Positions 1 through 9,665 of a stretch of DNA of 64,000 nucleotides are shown here, in pieces; position 1 is the first letter of the stretch, and each line of letters opens with the position of its first letter. A model generated the notes under the pieces. The model was given only the letters and a program-made list of their open reading frames with translations, was not told where the DNA came from and did not search any database. This DNA is from a virus (taxonomy: Duplodnaviria > Caudoviricetes): the IMG/VR virus record IMGVR_UViG_3300020046_005360; one strand, 5' to 3'. Position numbers and translations under genes: made by a program.

Positions 1-211
1 TCCAATGACACTTTAGTAAAGATTTTAATGTTGCAATTTGTTCTTCAATCTCTTGGTTTTGTTCTCTTTTAGATTCCATTTTATATTTGATTATTTATTA
101 ATTTCTTCCCACTCTTCAATCCAACAACGCACTGTTTCAGTTCCTACTTCAAAATCAGACATACATTCTAATTCTCTTAATTTTATTCTTATAAATTCTG
201 ATAATTCCATA

Positions 212-712
212 TTAAAATATTGATGTATTAAGGGTTAAAATAGGTAATTTTTTACCTCTTGATTCTAGTAAATATACAGATTCTTGAAATATTTTTTCTA
301 ACCCCTGATTAAAACCCATAACTGAATTTAAATTCTTCCCTGGTTCCTCTTTTTCATAGAAAAAAGATATAGTTTCTTTACTACATTCGGTTTTAATTAC
401 CATATCAGGTAAGTGATATCCATTTTTAGCCATTCTCCTTAGTAATCTGAATCCAAGAATACCTTCTACTATAATATGATAACCAGAGTAGTAATACTCA
501 TTCACATCTCGTTCTAATATATTTAATGCTTCATCTTGATCATACATTCTAATATAATCATCTGATATAAATAAAGTTCTATCGTCTAATTGTTTAGATA
601 ACTCTTTTGCTATAGTAACCTTTCCACTTTTTGTAGCTCCGATCACAAATATTAAAGTAAGTGGTCTGCAATAATCAACAATTTTTGATGTTATAAGTGA
701 TTTAGGATCCAT
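212..712 (-). CDS. P-loop NTPase, nucleotide/nucleoside kinase-like
   Basis: N-terminal IFVIGATKSGKVT Walker A-like motif, SDD, IIVEG; kinase-sized. Confidence 0.55.
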   Translation of the reverse strand: MDPKSLITSKIVDYCRPLTLIFVIGATKSGKVTIAKELSKQLDDRTLFISDDYIRMYDQDEALNILERDVNEYYYSGYHIIVEGILGFRLLRRMAKNGYHLPDMVIKTECSKETISFFYEKEEPGKNLNSVMGFNQGLEKIFQESVYLLESRGKKLPILTLNTSIF

Positions 713-1070
713 ATTTACTAATTATACCTAACTGGAAATATTCTTTAAAATCATTAAAATTAGGATTATGATTTGTTATAAAAATTCTGTCACCTATTTT
801 ATAATCATATGTAGTTCCTTGTCTAGTAAACACTAAATTGTTATTAATTATATACAAACCTTCCGTGAAATCAGCGATATTCTGCTCGACTAAAGGAGGT
901 TGTTGGGGTGTGGTGTTATAAGGAATTAATGCATTTAAAGCGTCTCTCCTGCGACCGCAGCCACAGTCTTCAATACCTAATATATCAGCAGTTTTTTCTA
1001 CCAGAGTCGAAACTCCGGTAGCTTTAAAAACTTTTTCTAATGTGTCTCCTAATCCAACAGATTCTGCCAT
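702..1070 (-). CDS. conserved phage hypothetical protein
   Basis: GLGDT...CGCGRRRDALN motif typical of small phage proteins. Confidence 0.5.
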   Translation of the reverse strand: MAESVGLGDTLEKVFKATGVSTLVEKTADILGIEDCGCGRRRDALNALIPYNTTPQQPPLVEQNIADFTEGLYIINNNLVFTRQGTTYDYKIGDRIFITNHNPNFNDFKEYFQLGIISKYGS

Positions 1071-1681
1071 TCTATTTTATTTTTCTTTATTTCACGATTT
1101 ATCTTACTACAAAGAGGTTGTGTGTTATTATATTTTAACAATTTTAATAACTCTTCCTCATTTTTCGCGCTACTCATAGGTATTATATGGTCAATATCCC
1201 AACCATAATTAAATTCTCCATTATATTTGCCATAATTTTCCCAATTCATCCATTCTAAAAATTGAGATTCTATATATTCTTTATAAAATGTAATAGAACA
1301 ATTTAAAACATCAATAGTTTTGGATTTTCTTTCAAAACCCAAATTATTAATACTATTTCTTATTTGTATTCCAGAAGTTGTTTTTAATCTAAAAAGAGGA
1401 TCAGTATCATATTTATTTTTACGATATATCTTTTCTTTTTGTTTTAAATCATCTTTATTATCTTTATACCATTGTTTATGATATTCAGTTCTATCATTTT
1501 CTTCTTTATATGTTTTAGAATAAGATAGAATCTTATCTCTATTTTTAATATAATATAAAGAAGTATTTTCTTTTACACAGGACTTACAATGAATACTCAA
1601 ACCATCTTCTCTAGCTCTATTTTTATTGAATTCATTTAAAGGTTGGATTTTCTTACATTTAGTACATATTTTAGTTTCCAT
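1049..1681 (-). CDS. HNH homing endonuclease with N-terminal zinc finger (likely start METKICTKC at 1681)
   Basis: CTKC..CKSC, WDIDHIIP...NTQPL; paralogous to 19079, 47613, 49180, 63699. Confidence 0.8.
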   Translation of the reverse strand: METKICTKCKKIQPLNEFNKNRAREDGLSIHCKSCVKENTSLYYIKNRDKILSYSKTYKEENDRTEYHKQWYKDNKDDLKQKEKIYRKNKYDTDPLFRLKTTSGIQIRNSINNLGFERKSKTIDVLNCSITFYKEYIESQFLEWMNWENYGKYNGEFNYGWDIDHIIPMSSAKNEEELLKLLKYNNTQPLCSKINREIKKNKIEWQNLLD

Positions 1682-1688
1682 AATACAA

Positions 1689-1773
1689 AAGGAGAAATTA
1701 AGAGTTGTATCTGGTCCATACAAATTCCTAAAATCTCCTTAAAAATATTTTTATTAAGCAGGACCAGTGCTTA
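1689..1773 (-). ncRNA. putative structured 5' leader: two hairpins with complementary 7-nt loops (kissing loop)
   Basis: Sense strand TAAGCA-CTGGTCC-TGCTTA and AAGGAGA..TTGTAT-GGACCAG-ATACAA..TCTCCTT. Confidence 0.55.
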
Positions 1774-1829
1774 TTTACGGATATAAATATTGAAGAGAAC
1801 AAGAAATATCAATAAACCTTTTGATTCCA

Positions 1830-2672
1830 TTATACTCCTCTTAAATCATCAAATGCTATAATGTGTGCTCTTCCAGTAAAATTATACCCACGCTCAGCAC
1901 ATTGTTCCATACAGTAAGTATAATTTGGAATAACAGCTTTTTTAGTATCACCTGCAGGCATAACCCATGTTTTATTTTTAGGAATGTCATGAATTAGTCT
2001 AAATTCCTCAATTTTCTCCCAAATACCTTCATCATTTTGATCAACAACAGGTTTAAAATGATAATCTTTATGATAAGACATCATAGAAGCCATGGCTTCA
2101 TGATTCATTCTGAATTTATTATGTTGTTTAATAAACTTTTCATCAACAATTTTATCAGAATTAATAATAGGGATACCTAATTTTGGGATTGAATTTTCAA
2201 ATTTAGGTGATAATGAAATTAAATCAATAGGATATTTAGTTTTAATGAAATGTGAACCTTCTGTTTCAATAGTAACAAATCCATCACACAACATATACTC
2301 CCCACTTTCATTCCATATAGTACCAGCTTGACCTGAATCAGGGAATCTAAGTTTTTTGGAATGCATTTCTTTAAACATAGTAACTAATTCGTCTACTAAT
2401 TCTGGATGCATTGTAGGTGAACCTCCGCTTACCATTAAATGATTTATATCAGGACGAGACTCAAACAATTCTTTAATTGCTTGTAATGACCATGATCCTT
2501 TTTCTGGTGTAATTGAACTATACCAGCTGTCGCACCATCCACCCTCACCAAACCAACATCTATGTGTACATCCTGTTGTTCTAACTAGGAAATGTGGATA
2601 TCCTGCTCTAGAACCCTCAGTTTGGATACAAGTGTATGCTTCTATAATTGGTTGTATTTTACTATAATCCAT
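1830..2672 (-). CDS. queE: 7-carboxy-7-deazaguanine synthase (radical SAM)
   Basis: IQTEG, RTTGCTHRC...CDSWY, SGGSP, TIETEG, LSPK. Confidence 0.9.
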   Translation of the reverse strand: MDYSKIQPIIEAYTCIQTEGSRAGYPHFLVRTTGCTHRCWFGEGGWCDSWYSSITPEKGSWSLQAIKELFESRPDINHLMVSGGSPTMHPELVDELVTMFKEMHSKKLRFPDSGQAGTIWNESGEYMLCDGFVTIETEGSHFIKTKYPIDLISLSPKFENSIPKLGIPIINSDKIVDEKFIKQHNKFRMNHEAMASMMSYHKDYHFKPVVDQNDEGIWEKIEEFRLIHDIPKNKTWVMPAGDTKKAVIPNYTYCMEQCAERGYNFTGRAHIIAFDDLRGV

Positions 2673-2673
2673 A

Positions 2674-3366
2674 TTACTTAATTAAATGTAAAACTTCTTG
2701 TTTAGCTGTTTTTTCATGATTTGCAAACACACCTGATACCATAGGTGTTACCATACCAGCTCCTTGATGTTTTACTCCTCTACAAGATACACACTGATGC
2801 GATGCTTCAATAACTACCATTACTCCAATATTATCAATAATTTTATCAATAGCATTGTGTATGGCAACTGTTAGTTGTTCTTGAATTGCTCCTCTTCTAC
2901 CAAAATGTTCAACTACTCTGTTAAGTTTTGATAATCCAACTACTTTTCCACCTTTTTTAGGAATATAAGCAATATGTACTACTCCTTTAATAGTTTCGTG
3001 GTGGTGAGAACATACTGAAGTTAATGGAATATTTTTCTCTAAAACTATACCTTCATATCCATCTGAAGGGAATGTAGTTATTTCTCCATCACCAAAAATT
3101 AATTCGTATCTTCCTTTCCATATATCATTAATATATTTTTTAGCAATCCTTTTTGGAGTGTCGGCAGAATTGGGGTCGTTTTTGTAATCTACACCTAAGG
3201 CAGTAAGAAAATTACCATAATGAATAGTTGCTTCGTCAATAATTTTTTGTTTTTCCTCTTGATTAAGAGAACGATGTTCTGTTTTTAATACTTCTGCTAA
3301 TTGGGTTGAAATACCGTTAGCACATCCCGATTTAGCCAATTCAAAACCCTCAATTTTTTGTTTCAT
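2674..3366 (-). CDS. folE: GTP cyclohydrolase I
   Basis: TPKR, CSHH, GLSKLNR, QEQLT, HQCVSCRGV. Confidence 0.95.
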   Translation of the reverse strand: MKQKIEGFELAKSGCANGISTQLAEVLKTEHRSLNQEEKQKIIDEATIHYGNFLTALGVDYKNDPNSADTPKRIAKKYINDIWKGRYELIFGDGEITTFPSDGYEGIVLEKNIPLTSVCSHHHETIKGVVHIAYIPKKGGKVVGLSKLNRVVEHFGRRGAIQEQLTVAIHNAIDKIIDNIGVMVVIEASHQCVSCRGVKHQGAGMVTPMVSGVFANHEKTAKQEVLHLIK

Positions 3367-3385
3367 TTCTTTTCGTTATTATATA

Positions 3386-3709
3386 TTATTTTTGTTTTTC
3401 TTTTAAAGTACAGTTTAACAAATCTGTATAATTTCTTAAATCGATTAATGTATCTGCTACACTTTCATTTTTAGCTACTTTTCCACTAAATAGTAAGTTA
3501 CATAAACGTTGGATTTTAAGTACTATATAAAACATATGAATTCCTTCTATTGTTTTAGTATCTATTTCCAATATTTTTATAAGGGCTTCCATCTGTTTGA
3601 AGTTTTTTAAAACATCTTCACCAGCATAATCATAACCTTTACTTTTGAGGAGTTCAATTCCTTTAGAATTAATTTCCTCAATAAATTTTAATTGTTCTTC
3701 TTGTTTCAT
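3386..3709 (-). CDS. all-alpha nucleotide-modification-associated protein (DUF1599/MazG-like dNTP pyrophosphatase)
   Basis: KGYDYA..NF, KIQRL, ESVADTLIDLRNY; located inside the base-modification cluster. Confidence 0.6.
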   Translation of the reverse strand: MKQEEQLKFIEEINSKGIELLKSKGYDYAGEDVLKNFKQMEALIKILEIDTKTIEGIHMFYIVLKIQRLCNLLFSGKVAKNESVADTLIDLRNYTDLLNCTLKEKQK

Positions 3710-3713
3710 AATA

Positions 3714-4781
3714 TTAATTTGATAAGGGGAAATCTATTCTTGGATGTGGGTTATAATCTTTGATAACTACATCTTGTGAATCTCCCGTTAATTGACAATA
3801 CATTCCATCTTGTAGTTGAATTGTTGGTAATGGTCTTGATTCTCTTGTAAGTTGTTCTTTAACACCTTCTATTTGGTTTAAATAAATATGAACATCTCCT
3901 AGATTACCAATTAATTCATCAGGAACCATATTTACTTCTTGTGCTAACATTTCAAGTAGAGTACCATATGAAGCTATATTAAAAGGTAGTCCAAGTGGAG
4001 TATCGACTGAACGTTGATTCCACATTAATGAGATAGCTCGTTTAGGAATATTATATTTATCCATTAATTCTTCATATTTTATCCAAAATGAAGAAACTTC
4101 TTCTGATTCAGGTAGAATTTCTTTATTCTTCCAAACCTTTTGAATTAATTTAATTCTTTCTTTCTGTTCTAATTCTTTAGTGTAAACTTGGAAAAAATTA
4201 TGACAAGGAGGTAAAGTCATTTGATCTATTTCTCCTACATTCCAAGCACTAACTATCATTCGTCTTGAATCAGGGTTATTTACTAGGTCGTCTAGGATAT
4301 TTTGAATTTGATCTATAACAATTTCACCAAATTCATTGTTTCTCCCATTATGTCCTACTACAACAGATTTACCAGTTCTCCAACTCTTCCATTGTTTTCC
4401 ATAAATAGGACCTAAATCCCAAATTGATTCATGGAAATGTGAACCTCCTTCTAAACCAAATTTAACCATTTCTTCCAAAGAATATGGAGTAGAACAAGAT
4501 TTGTAATATTTTTTATACCAATCTCCATCCCATATGTGGTTGTTGGATTTCCACAACACTCTTATATCAGAACTACCGGCTAAGAACCAAGCTAATTCAG
4601 ATTTAACTTGAGAAAATGCTACTCTTTTTGTAGTTAAAAGTGGAAAACCATCCGACATTTTATGTCGGATTTGTCTTCCAAATACACTGATAGTTCCAGT
4701 ACCTGTTCTATCTACTTTTTTAGTTCCATTATCTAGAATATCTTGAAGTAGGTCTAGGTATTGTTTATCTAAATTATTCAT
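3714..4781 (-). CDS. thyA: thymidylate synthase
   Basis: DRTGTGT, FPLLTTK, LGPIYGKQW, LPPCH, QRSVD..LGLPFN, HIYLN. Confidence 0.97.
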   Translation of the reverse strand: MNNLDKQYLDLLQDILDNGTKKVDRTGTGTISVFGRQIRHKMSDGFPLLTTKRVAFSQVKSELAWFLAGSSDIRVLWKSNNHIWDGDWYKKYYKSCSTPYSLEEMVKFGLEGGSHFHESIWDLGPIYGKQWKSWRTGKSVVVGHNGRNNEFGEIVIDQIQNILDDLVNNPDSRRMIVSAWNVGEIDQMTLPPCHNFFQVYTKELEQKERIKLIQKVWKNKEILPESEEVSSFWIKYEELMDKYNIPKRAISLMWNQRSVDTPLGLPFNIASYGTLLEMLAQEVNMVPDELIGNLGDVHIYLNQIEGVKEQLTRESRPLPTIQLQDGMYCQLTGDSQDVVIKDYNPHPRIDFPLSN

Positions 4782-5400
4782 AAAAATAATAGGGGTTTTC
4801 TTTTGTTTTAAATATTTTTAATGGGTTCAATTCCATTGTCTTAAAATTCATTAGAGATATTTGATTTGGTATTGTAGGATATGAGTTTTGAAATTTTGTA
4901 CTAGATATATTAAAATTATTATCTATAAACATTGGAGATATTTCATTTCGAAATAAAATTAATTCTTTATCATAATATCCAAGACAACTGAATGTTCCAT
5001 CTACATCACCTAAATCATTTCCATAATAAACAAATTCATTTAATAATGCAGTATCCCAATTATTTTTATTAAATAGTTTTTCTTGCATAGTATTTATATA
5101 ATCTTCTTTTATAATACCATTATGCCATAAATAACTCTCTAAATATTGGGATGGGTGAATACTATCTTTATTTTTTATACTTGTAGTAGGAGCTTGGGTA
5201 TGAGCTATGTAATAATTTTTAGGTGTTAATTTGTCTAATAAACCATAATTGAATTCTCCAAAATCTCTATCAATTATTTCTAATTTATTACTAGAAATAT
5301 CATATTCTGATAAGCTATATGAATGGTTTCCTCTATAAGAATTTAATTCAATTAATTCTTTGAGTTTCATTTTATCGAAACTTCCTACGATTGAACACAT
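4774..5400 (-). CDS. class II (Ntn) glutamine amidotransferase, Gat-like partner of QueC; true start MCSIVG at 5400
   Basis: N-terminal nucleophile Cys2, RG, AHTQAPT, HPS, WHNG, DT, GTFS; ATG overlaps the queC stop (TAATG). Confidence 0.8.
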   Translation of the reverse strand: MCSIVGSFDKMKLKELIELNSYRGNHSYSLSEYDISSNKLEIIDRDFGEFNYGLLDKLTPKNYYIAHTQAPTTSIKNKDSIHPSQYLESYLWHNGIIKEDYINTMQEKLFNKNNWDTALLNEFVYYGNDLGDVDGTFSCLGYYDKELILFRNEISPMFIDNNFNISSTKFQNSYPTIPNQISLMNFKTMELNPLKIFKTKENPYYFYE

Positions 5401-6140
5401 TATTTCCAAGGTATTTCTATGGAATAAGGAATTGGGTCTATAATTCCTACTTTCATAAAGTTCATAATTCGTTCTGAGCATGATGGGCATTTACCACAAC
5501 TTTCTCCTAATTCATTTGGATTATAACAAGTTATAGTACTTTTAAGTAATTCAATTAAACCCAATTCTTTACAAATTTCTATTTCTTGTGCTTTAGATAA
5601 ATGTGAGAATGGGGCAACTATTTCTACTTTGTGAGTTCTATTTTGAGAAGCAACATTATTAATACCATCAACAAATCTTTGTGATGTATCCCAATACCCA
5701 TATTCATCATGAACTTGAAGTCCAGTAAATACGTGAGATGCTTTTTCAACTTCTGCTGTTGATAATGTCAATGAAAGAAGTATCATATTTCTGAAAGGAA
5801 CATATGTTGGAGGTTGTGGATCACCTAATACATCTTTAATATCAGGCATTTTAACTTCTGTACCTCCTATATTAGCACATATAGGTTTCGCAATTTCTCC
5901 TAAAATAGACAAGTCTATAATTTTATGTTTAATACCTAGTATATGACATAAATTAGATGCTTTTTCTAATTCAATTTTTTGTTTTTGACCATAATCATAA
6001 CTAATAGCAGATACTTTATCTCTACCATATTTTGTTACTAACATCATAGTCATAACACTACTATCTAACCCCCCAGATAAAACTGCTATTACATTTTTTT
6101 CTGTTTGAGGTAGATTACTTAATGCTGTTGTTAAATCCAT
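5400..6140 (-). CDS. queC: 7-cyano-7-deazaguanine synthase
   Basis: SGGLDS, YGQK, TYVPFRN, CY..CGKCPSC. Confidence 0.95.
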   Translation of the reverse strand: MDLTTALSNLPQTEKNVIAVLSGGLDSSVMTMMLVTKYGRDKVSAISYDYGQKQKIELEKASNLCHILGIKHKIIDLSILGEIAKPICANIGGTEVKMPDIKDVLGDPQPPTYVPFRNMILLSLTLSTAEVEKASHVFTGLQVHDEYGYWDTSQRFVDGINNVASQNRTHKVEIVAPFSHLSKAQEIEICKELGLIELLKSTITCYNPNELGESCGKCPSCSERIMNFMKVGIIDPIPYSIEIPWK

Positions 6141-6187
6141 TTTATAAATTTATATTTGCCAGGTATTAATAGGATATAGGCTAATCC

Positions 6188-6358
6188 TTATTTATTAGGT
6201 ACTAATTTAGCTTTTTGAGTATCGTAAAATCCTTTCTTAGCTAAATGTTCTAAGATTTTTATATCATTAGAGTCAATACAATGAGCATTACTAATAATTT
6301 TTCTACAGAGACGCATTACTTCATCTCTTGGAGCGGTAATAATACTATCTTTAGGCAT
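6188..6358 (-). CDS. hypothetical protein (likely start MPKD)
   Basis: ORF packed between neighbours. Confidence 0.4.
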   Translation of the reverse strand: MPKDSIITAPRDEVMRLCRKIISNAHCIDSNDIKILEHLAKKGFYDTQKAKLVPNK

Positions 6359-6360
6359 AA

Positions 6361-6570
6361 TTAAAGTATTCCCGTTGCTGCAAAATATCCTTTTAGAAAG
6401 TAAATAGGATAACACATTACTTTTCCTTCGTAACCACCTTGTTTTATTTCTTGAGTTTTACATTTAACTCCCTGTTTTTTAGCTTCTTGAAATACTTGTT
6501 GACCAAGTTCCATACCTGCTCTTCTACCTAAATATTCATACAAGCTCGCGTAATCTACATTTTGTTCCAT
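6361..6570 (-). CDS. small conserved phage protein
   Basis: SLYEYLGRRAG..G.V..YP; operon packing. Confidence 0.55.
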   Translation of the reverse strand: MEQNVDYASLYEYLGRRAGMELGQQVFQEAKKQGVKCKTQEIKQGGYEGKVMCYPIYFLKGYFAATGIL

Positions 6571-6573
6571 AAT

Positions 6574-6663
6574 CTAATTTTTATTTACTATTTGTTTAAA
6601 TGTTTTTATATTATTTAATATACAATCTAAAGTTTTAGAATCAACTTCCTTTTCAAAAATACT
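6574..6663 (-). pseudogene. orphan 3' end of the TGT/DpdA-like gene
   Basis: Translates to IFEKEVDSKTLDCILNNIKTFKQIVNKN*, which aligns with FFDLDIDKECLENILSNINCFRNIVNKI of 7575..8387. Confidence 0.7.
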
Positions 6664-7526
6664 TTATTTTTTATATTTCCAAATATAACTATATGCACTT
6701 TTAGTTGAATTCATACAACACCCGTATATATTATTAAATTTATATTTAGTTTCTTTGGTTATATGAGGTATTCCATCCCAATTTTTTATAAAATTTCCTT
6801 CTAAATCATATTGAACAACTTCTTTTTCAATCTTATATTTTCTTTGAGGGATTCCATCTAATGGAAATTCATAACTCCAAATGAATCCATTAGAAGATTT
6901 AGTAGTTTTACTACAATTATTAGATATATTTCCTGCTAAATAACCTGTTTGTTTGGTAATTTCAATTAAACTTTTCCATTTTTTAATTATATTTCCGGAT
7001 AAGTCATATTGATATATATAAATTTATTCTTTATATATTCATCTATATTATTATTTGATTTATGGAATTTCCACAAATAATTATTTGAAGATTTTTGTAA
7101 ATTTCTACAACATTTAGATATATTAGTCCAATTAAATCCTAAGGTATTTTTTATTTGAATTAAACTATCCCATTTATTTATAAAGACCCCATCTAAAGTA
7201 TATTGAGATATTGGTTTAGACATTTTATCAATAAATGATTGAGGTTGAAAACTTACCCCACCTCCACCTTTATTCTTATTTTGGATATCAAATCCTAAAA
7301 ATCTAAAATATTCAATCCAGAAACATTCTAATGGTTTCCAATCTCTACTATGTAGAGAATTTATTTCATCTATATAATCATAGGTAATTTGTTTACCGTA
7401 AGTTCGTTGATGTTTGGATTTCCTACATGATTTAGTCTTACCTATATAGATTTTATTAGGGTCTCCATAGCAGTTAGTTACTAAATAGATCTTGGTAATT
7501 TGGGAAGTTTCTTGTATATTTATCAC
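6664..7526 (-). pseudogene. GIY-YIG homing endonuclease with NUMOD1 repeats, frameshifted in a (TA)n run near 7012-7021
   Basis: KIYLVTN...YIGKT; removing 2 nt continues the frame as IYQYDLSGNIIKKW...QYDLEGNFIKNW...YIWKYKK* to 6664. Confidence 0.8.
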
Positions 7527-7550
7527 GGTAATAATTTATTTATTGGCGTA

Positions 7551-7595
7551 TATAAATATTACTTCCTTAAGCCTCTATTCAGAGGCTTTTATTTT
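7551..7595 (-). repeat. shared ~45-bp left end of GIY-YIG element, copy 1 (hairpin plus ATATTTATA)
   Basis: AAGCCTCT-GAAT-AGAGGCTT-aaggaagt-AATATTTATA, also at 21401 and 62122. Confidence 0.9.
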
Positions 7596-8387
7596 ATTTA
7601 CTATATTTCTAAAACAATTTATATTAGATAATATATTTTCCAAACATTCTTTATCAATATCTAAATCAAAAAATTGTTCCATTTTAGATTTTGATTTAGT
7701 TTTAAAATTTTGTTCTGTATATAAACCTTCTTCAATAGCTTTAATAATTGGATTAGAAGTATCAATACTATTTACTATTCCAGGTAATGCCTGATTATAA
7801 TAATGGAATTCTGTCACATCTGTTGCTCCAAGAAGATGGATCCAATGATGTTCTTTTATTATATTTTTATTCCATAATCTTCGAATAAGTGTAATTCTAC
7901 CAATTTTTGCTTTTTCAATTTTATCTTCAACGGAACCAACTTCATTTTGATAAGCAATAGAAGAGTGATTAAAAGCAAAGTGCCTATATCCTAAATCGAT
8001 GCATTGTTGGTATAGTTGTTCTATTTCAGAAAATGTTTTACCTTGTAAAACTACCATTAAATTTAAATGGGGTTCTAATACTCCTGTTTTTTTAAGAGAC
8101 ATCCAATATTTAGCATCTTTAGCAGTAGCTGTAGCATCGTTCCAAGTATCTACAGGAATAAAAATTGTTGGTTTTGATTGTTTAATAAGTTGGATTAATT
8201 CTTGAATGGTAGGTACTTCACCTTCAAATAACCCACAATCCAAAATTTTCATCCCATTATATTCATCCATAAACTTTTTATACTTGTCATATCTAGTATA
8301 GAAGTAGGGGAGTATATATTGAAAGTCATTATACTCTTTACTTTTCTCCAATAAACATAGAGGAGACTCATGTGAAATTAATATCAT
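7575..8387 (-). CDS. TGT-fold transglycosylase, putative DpdA-like 7-deazaguanine insertion enzyme
   Basis: ILDCGLFE, VLQG, IHLLG, SIDTSNP resemble TGT/DpdA barrel motifs; lies in the que cluster. Confidence 0.6.
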   Translation of the reverse strand: MILISHESPLCLLEKSKEYNDFQYILPYFYTRYDKYKKFMDEYNGMKILDCGLFEGEVPTIQELIQLIKQSKPTIFIPVDTWNDATATAKDAKYWMSLKKTGVLEPHLNLMVVLQGKTFSEIEQLYQQCIDLGYRHFAFNHSSIAYQNEVGSVEDKIEKAKIGRITLIRRLWNKNIIKEHHWIHLLGATDVTEFHYYNQALPGIVNSIDTSNPIIKAIEEGLYTEQNFKTKSKSKMEQFFDLDIDKECLENILSNINCFRNIVNKIKASE

Positions 8388-8517
8388 AATTATTTATATT
8401 TAAATATGTAACCTTTTATTGCTTCTTTAGCCACAATCAATGCTTTATCTTCACAACTAACTTCAACATCGAAATCAACATTAAAACTTACTTTACCTTG
8501 TATATTAAATTCCATAA

Positions 8518-9072
8518 TTATATTTCTATTTCATCTTGGGTTCCATCTGGTTTACTATAAACTGCATAACTAGGTTGTAAATTAAATTGTGTTCCTTTAT
8601 ATGCGTCTACATATTTTTGTCCTTCTCCTTTTTTCAAATAAGCAATCGTCATATGAGGATGATATTCATATGGAGATTCTTTATGAGGAAATGACTTAAG
8701 TTGTGTATTTATTTTTCCTAATACATTTCCTCCTTTAATTTTATAACCAACATCAAATTTAAGTACATCATATTCGGGATTATCAAAAATTGACATATTT
8801 GATACCATAAAAGTTTTATCTAAATCATGACCATTTATTACTCTAGTTATATCATCTGTTGTTACTTCTGGATGTAAACCAAATAATAAAGTACAATGAG
8901 GTTCTGATTCTAAACCGAATGATGGGTCTTCTTCGTCAACGTAAATATCTTCTTCTTTTATAGCACTATGGATTTTAAATATTTGAGGGAAATTAAAATA
9001 TAACATAGCACACCCGAATTCATGATTGTGATCTTCTAGAAGTAGTTGATTAATTGCTTTTCTTATATCCAT
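8518..9072 (-). CDS. 2H phosphodiesterase, Acb1/T4 gp57B-like
   Basis: Two HxT motifs: PHCTLLFG and YHPHMTIAY. Confidence 0.75.
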   Translation of the reverse strand: MDIRKAINQLLLEDHNHEFGCAMLYFNFPQIFKIHSAIKEEDIYVDEEDPSFGLESEPHCTLLFGLHPEVTTDDITRVINGHDLDKTFMVSNMSIFDNPEYDVLKFDVGYKIKGGNVLGKINTQLKSFPHKESPYEYHPHMTIAYLKKGEGQKYVDAYKGTQFNLQPSYAVYSKPDGTQDEIEI

Positions 9073-9073
9073 A

Positions 9074-9262
9074 TTAAATAGTTATTGATGTTTTATTTTT
9101 ATTTTGGATACAAGCCATTGTATTATATGAATATAATATATCACTAACATTATATTTTTCTTCCAAAATATATTCCATATTTTCACGAGTTATATAACCT
9201 TCGTTTTGTAAAACATATAATACTCTCATAACATCTTCCAGTAGTGGTGTTGTATTTTTCAT
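9074..9262 (-). CDS. hypothetical protein
   Basis: ORF packing. Confidence 0.4.
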   Translation of the reverse strand: MKNTTPLLEDVMRVLYVLQNEGYITRENMEYILEEKYNVSDILYSYNTMACIQNKNKTSITI

Positions 9263-9663
9263 TCTCTAATTAATTTATGATTATCCCATTTGAAGTTACC
9301 AATAATTACCCCACTTTGTATTATACAAGTATTTATAATTTCAAATAAATTAGAAAGATATATTTCTATCATATATCCATCAGGATGAATTAATTCAGCC
9401 CAATCTTGACTTTTACCAGATCTATAACCATTTATTTTCCATCCACTTCTAAATGTTTCTTTTATAATATAAATGGGGAGATTTTGTTTTTCCCAATATG
9501 TATTTCCCCAATTTTCAAATGATTTAGGAATTTCCCCCCTTTGAGTAAATTTAGATAAAAATCCTGTTTTAGGGATATTTGGAGATGAAGGATATTTATC
9601 CCAAATTTTTAAAAGAAATTCATCTTCTTCTAATATATAACAAGGTTCATATAACTTTTTCAT
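9259..9663 (-). CDS. hypothetical protein
   Basis: 134-aa ORF packed in operon. Confidence 0.55.
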   Translation of the reverse strand: MKKLYEPCYILEEDEFLLKIWDKYPSSPNIPKTGFLSKFTQRGEIPKSFENWGNTYWEKQNLPIYIIKETFRSGWKINGYRSGKSQDWAELIHPDGYMIEIYLSNLFEIINTCIIQSGVIIGNFKWDNHKLIRE

Positions 9664-9665
9664 AA

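Noticed and set aside
5401-5490. ORF-track start of the amidotransferase at 5490
   Set aside because: It overlaps queC. Ntn enzymes need Cys at the N-terminus, so the start is 5400.
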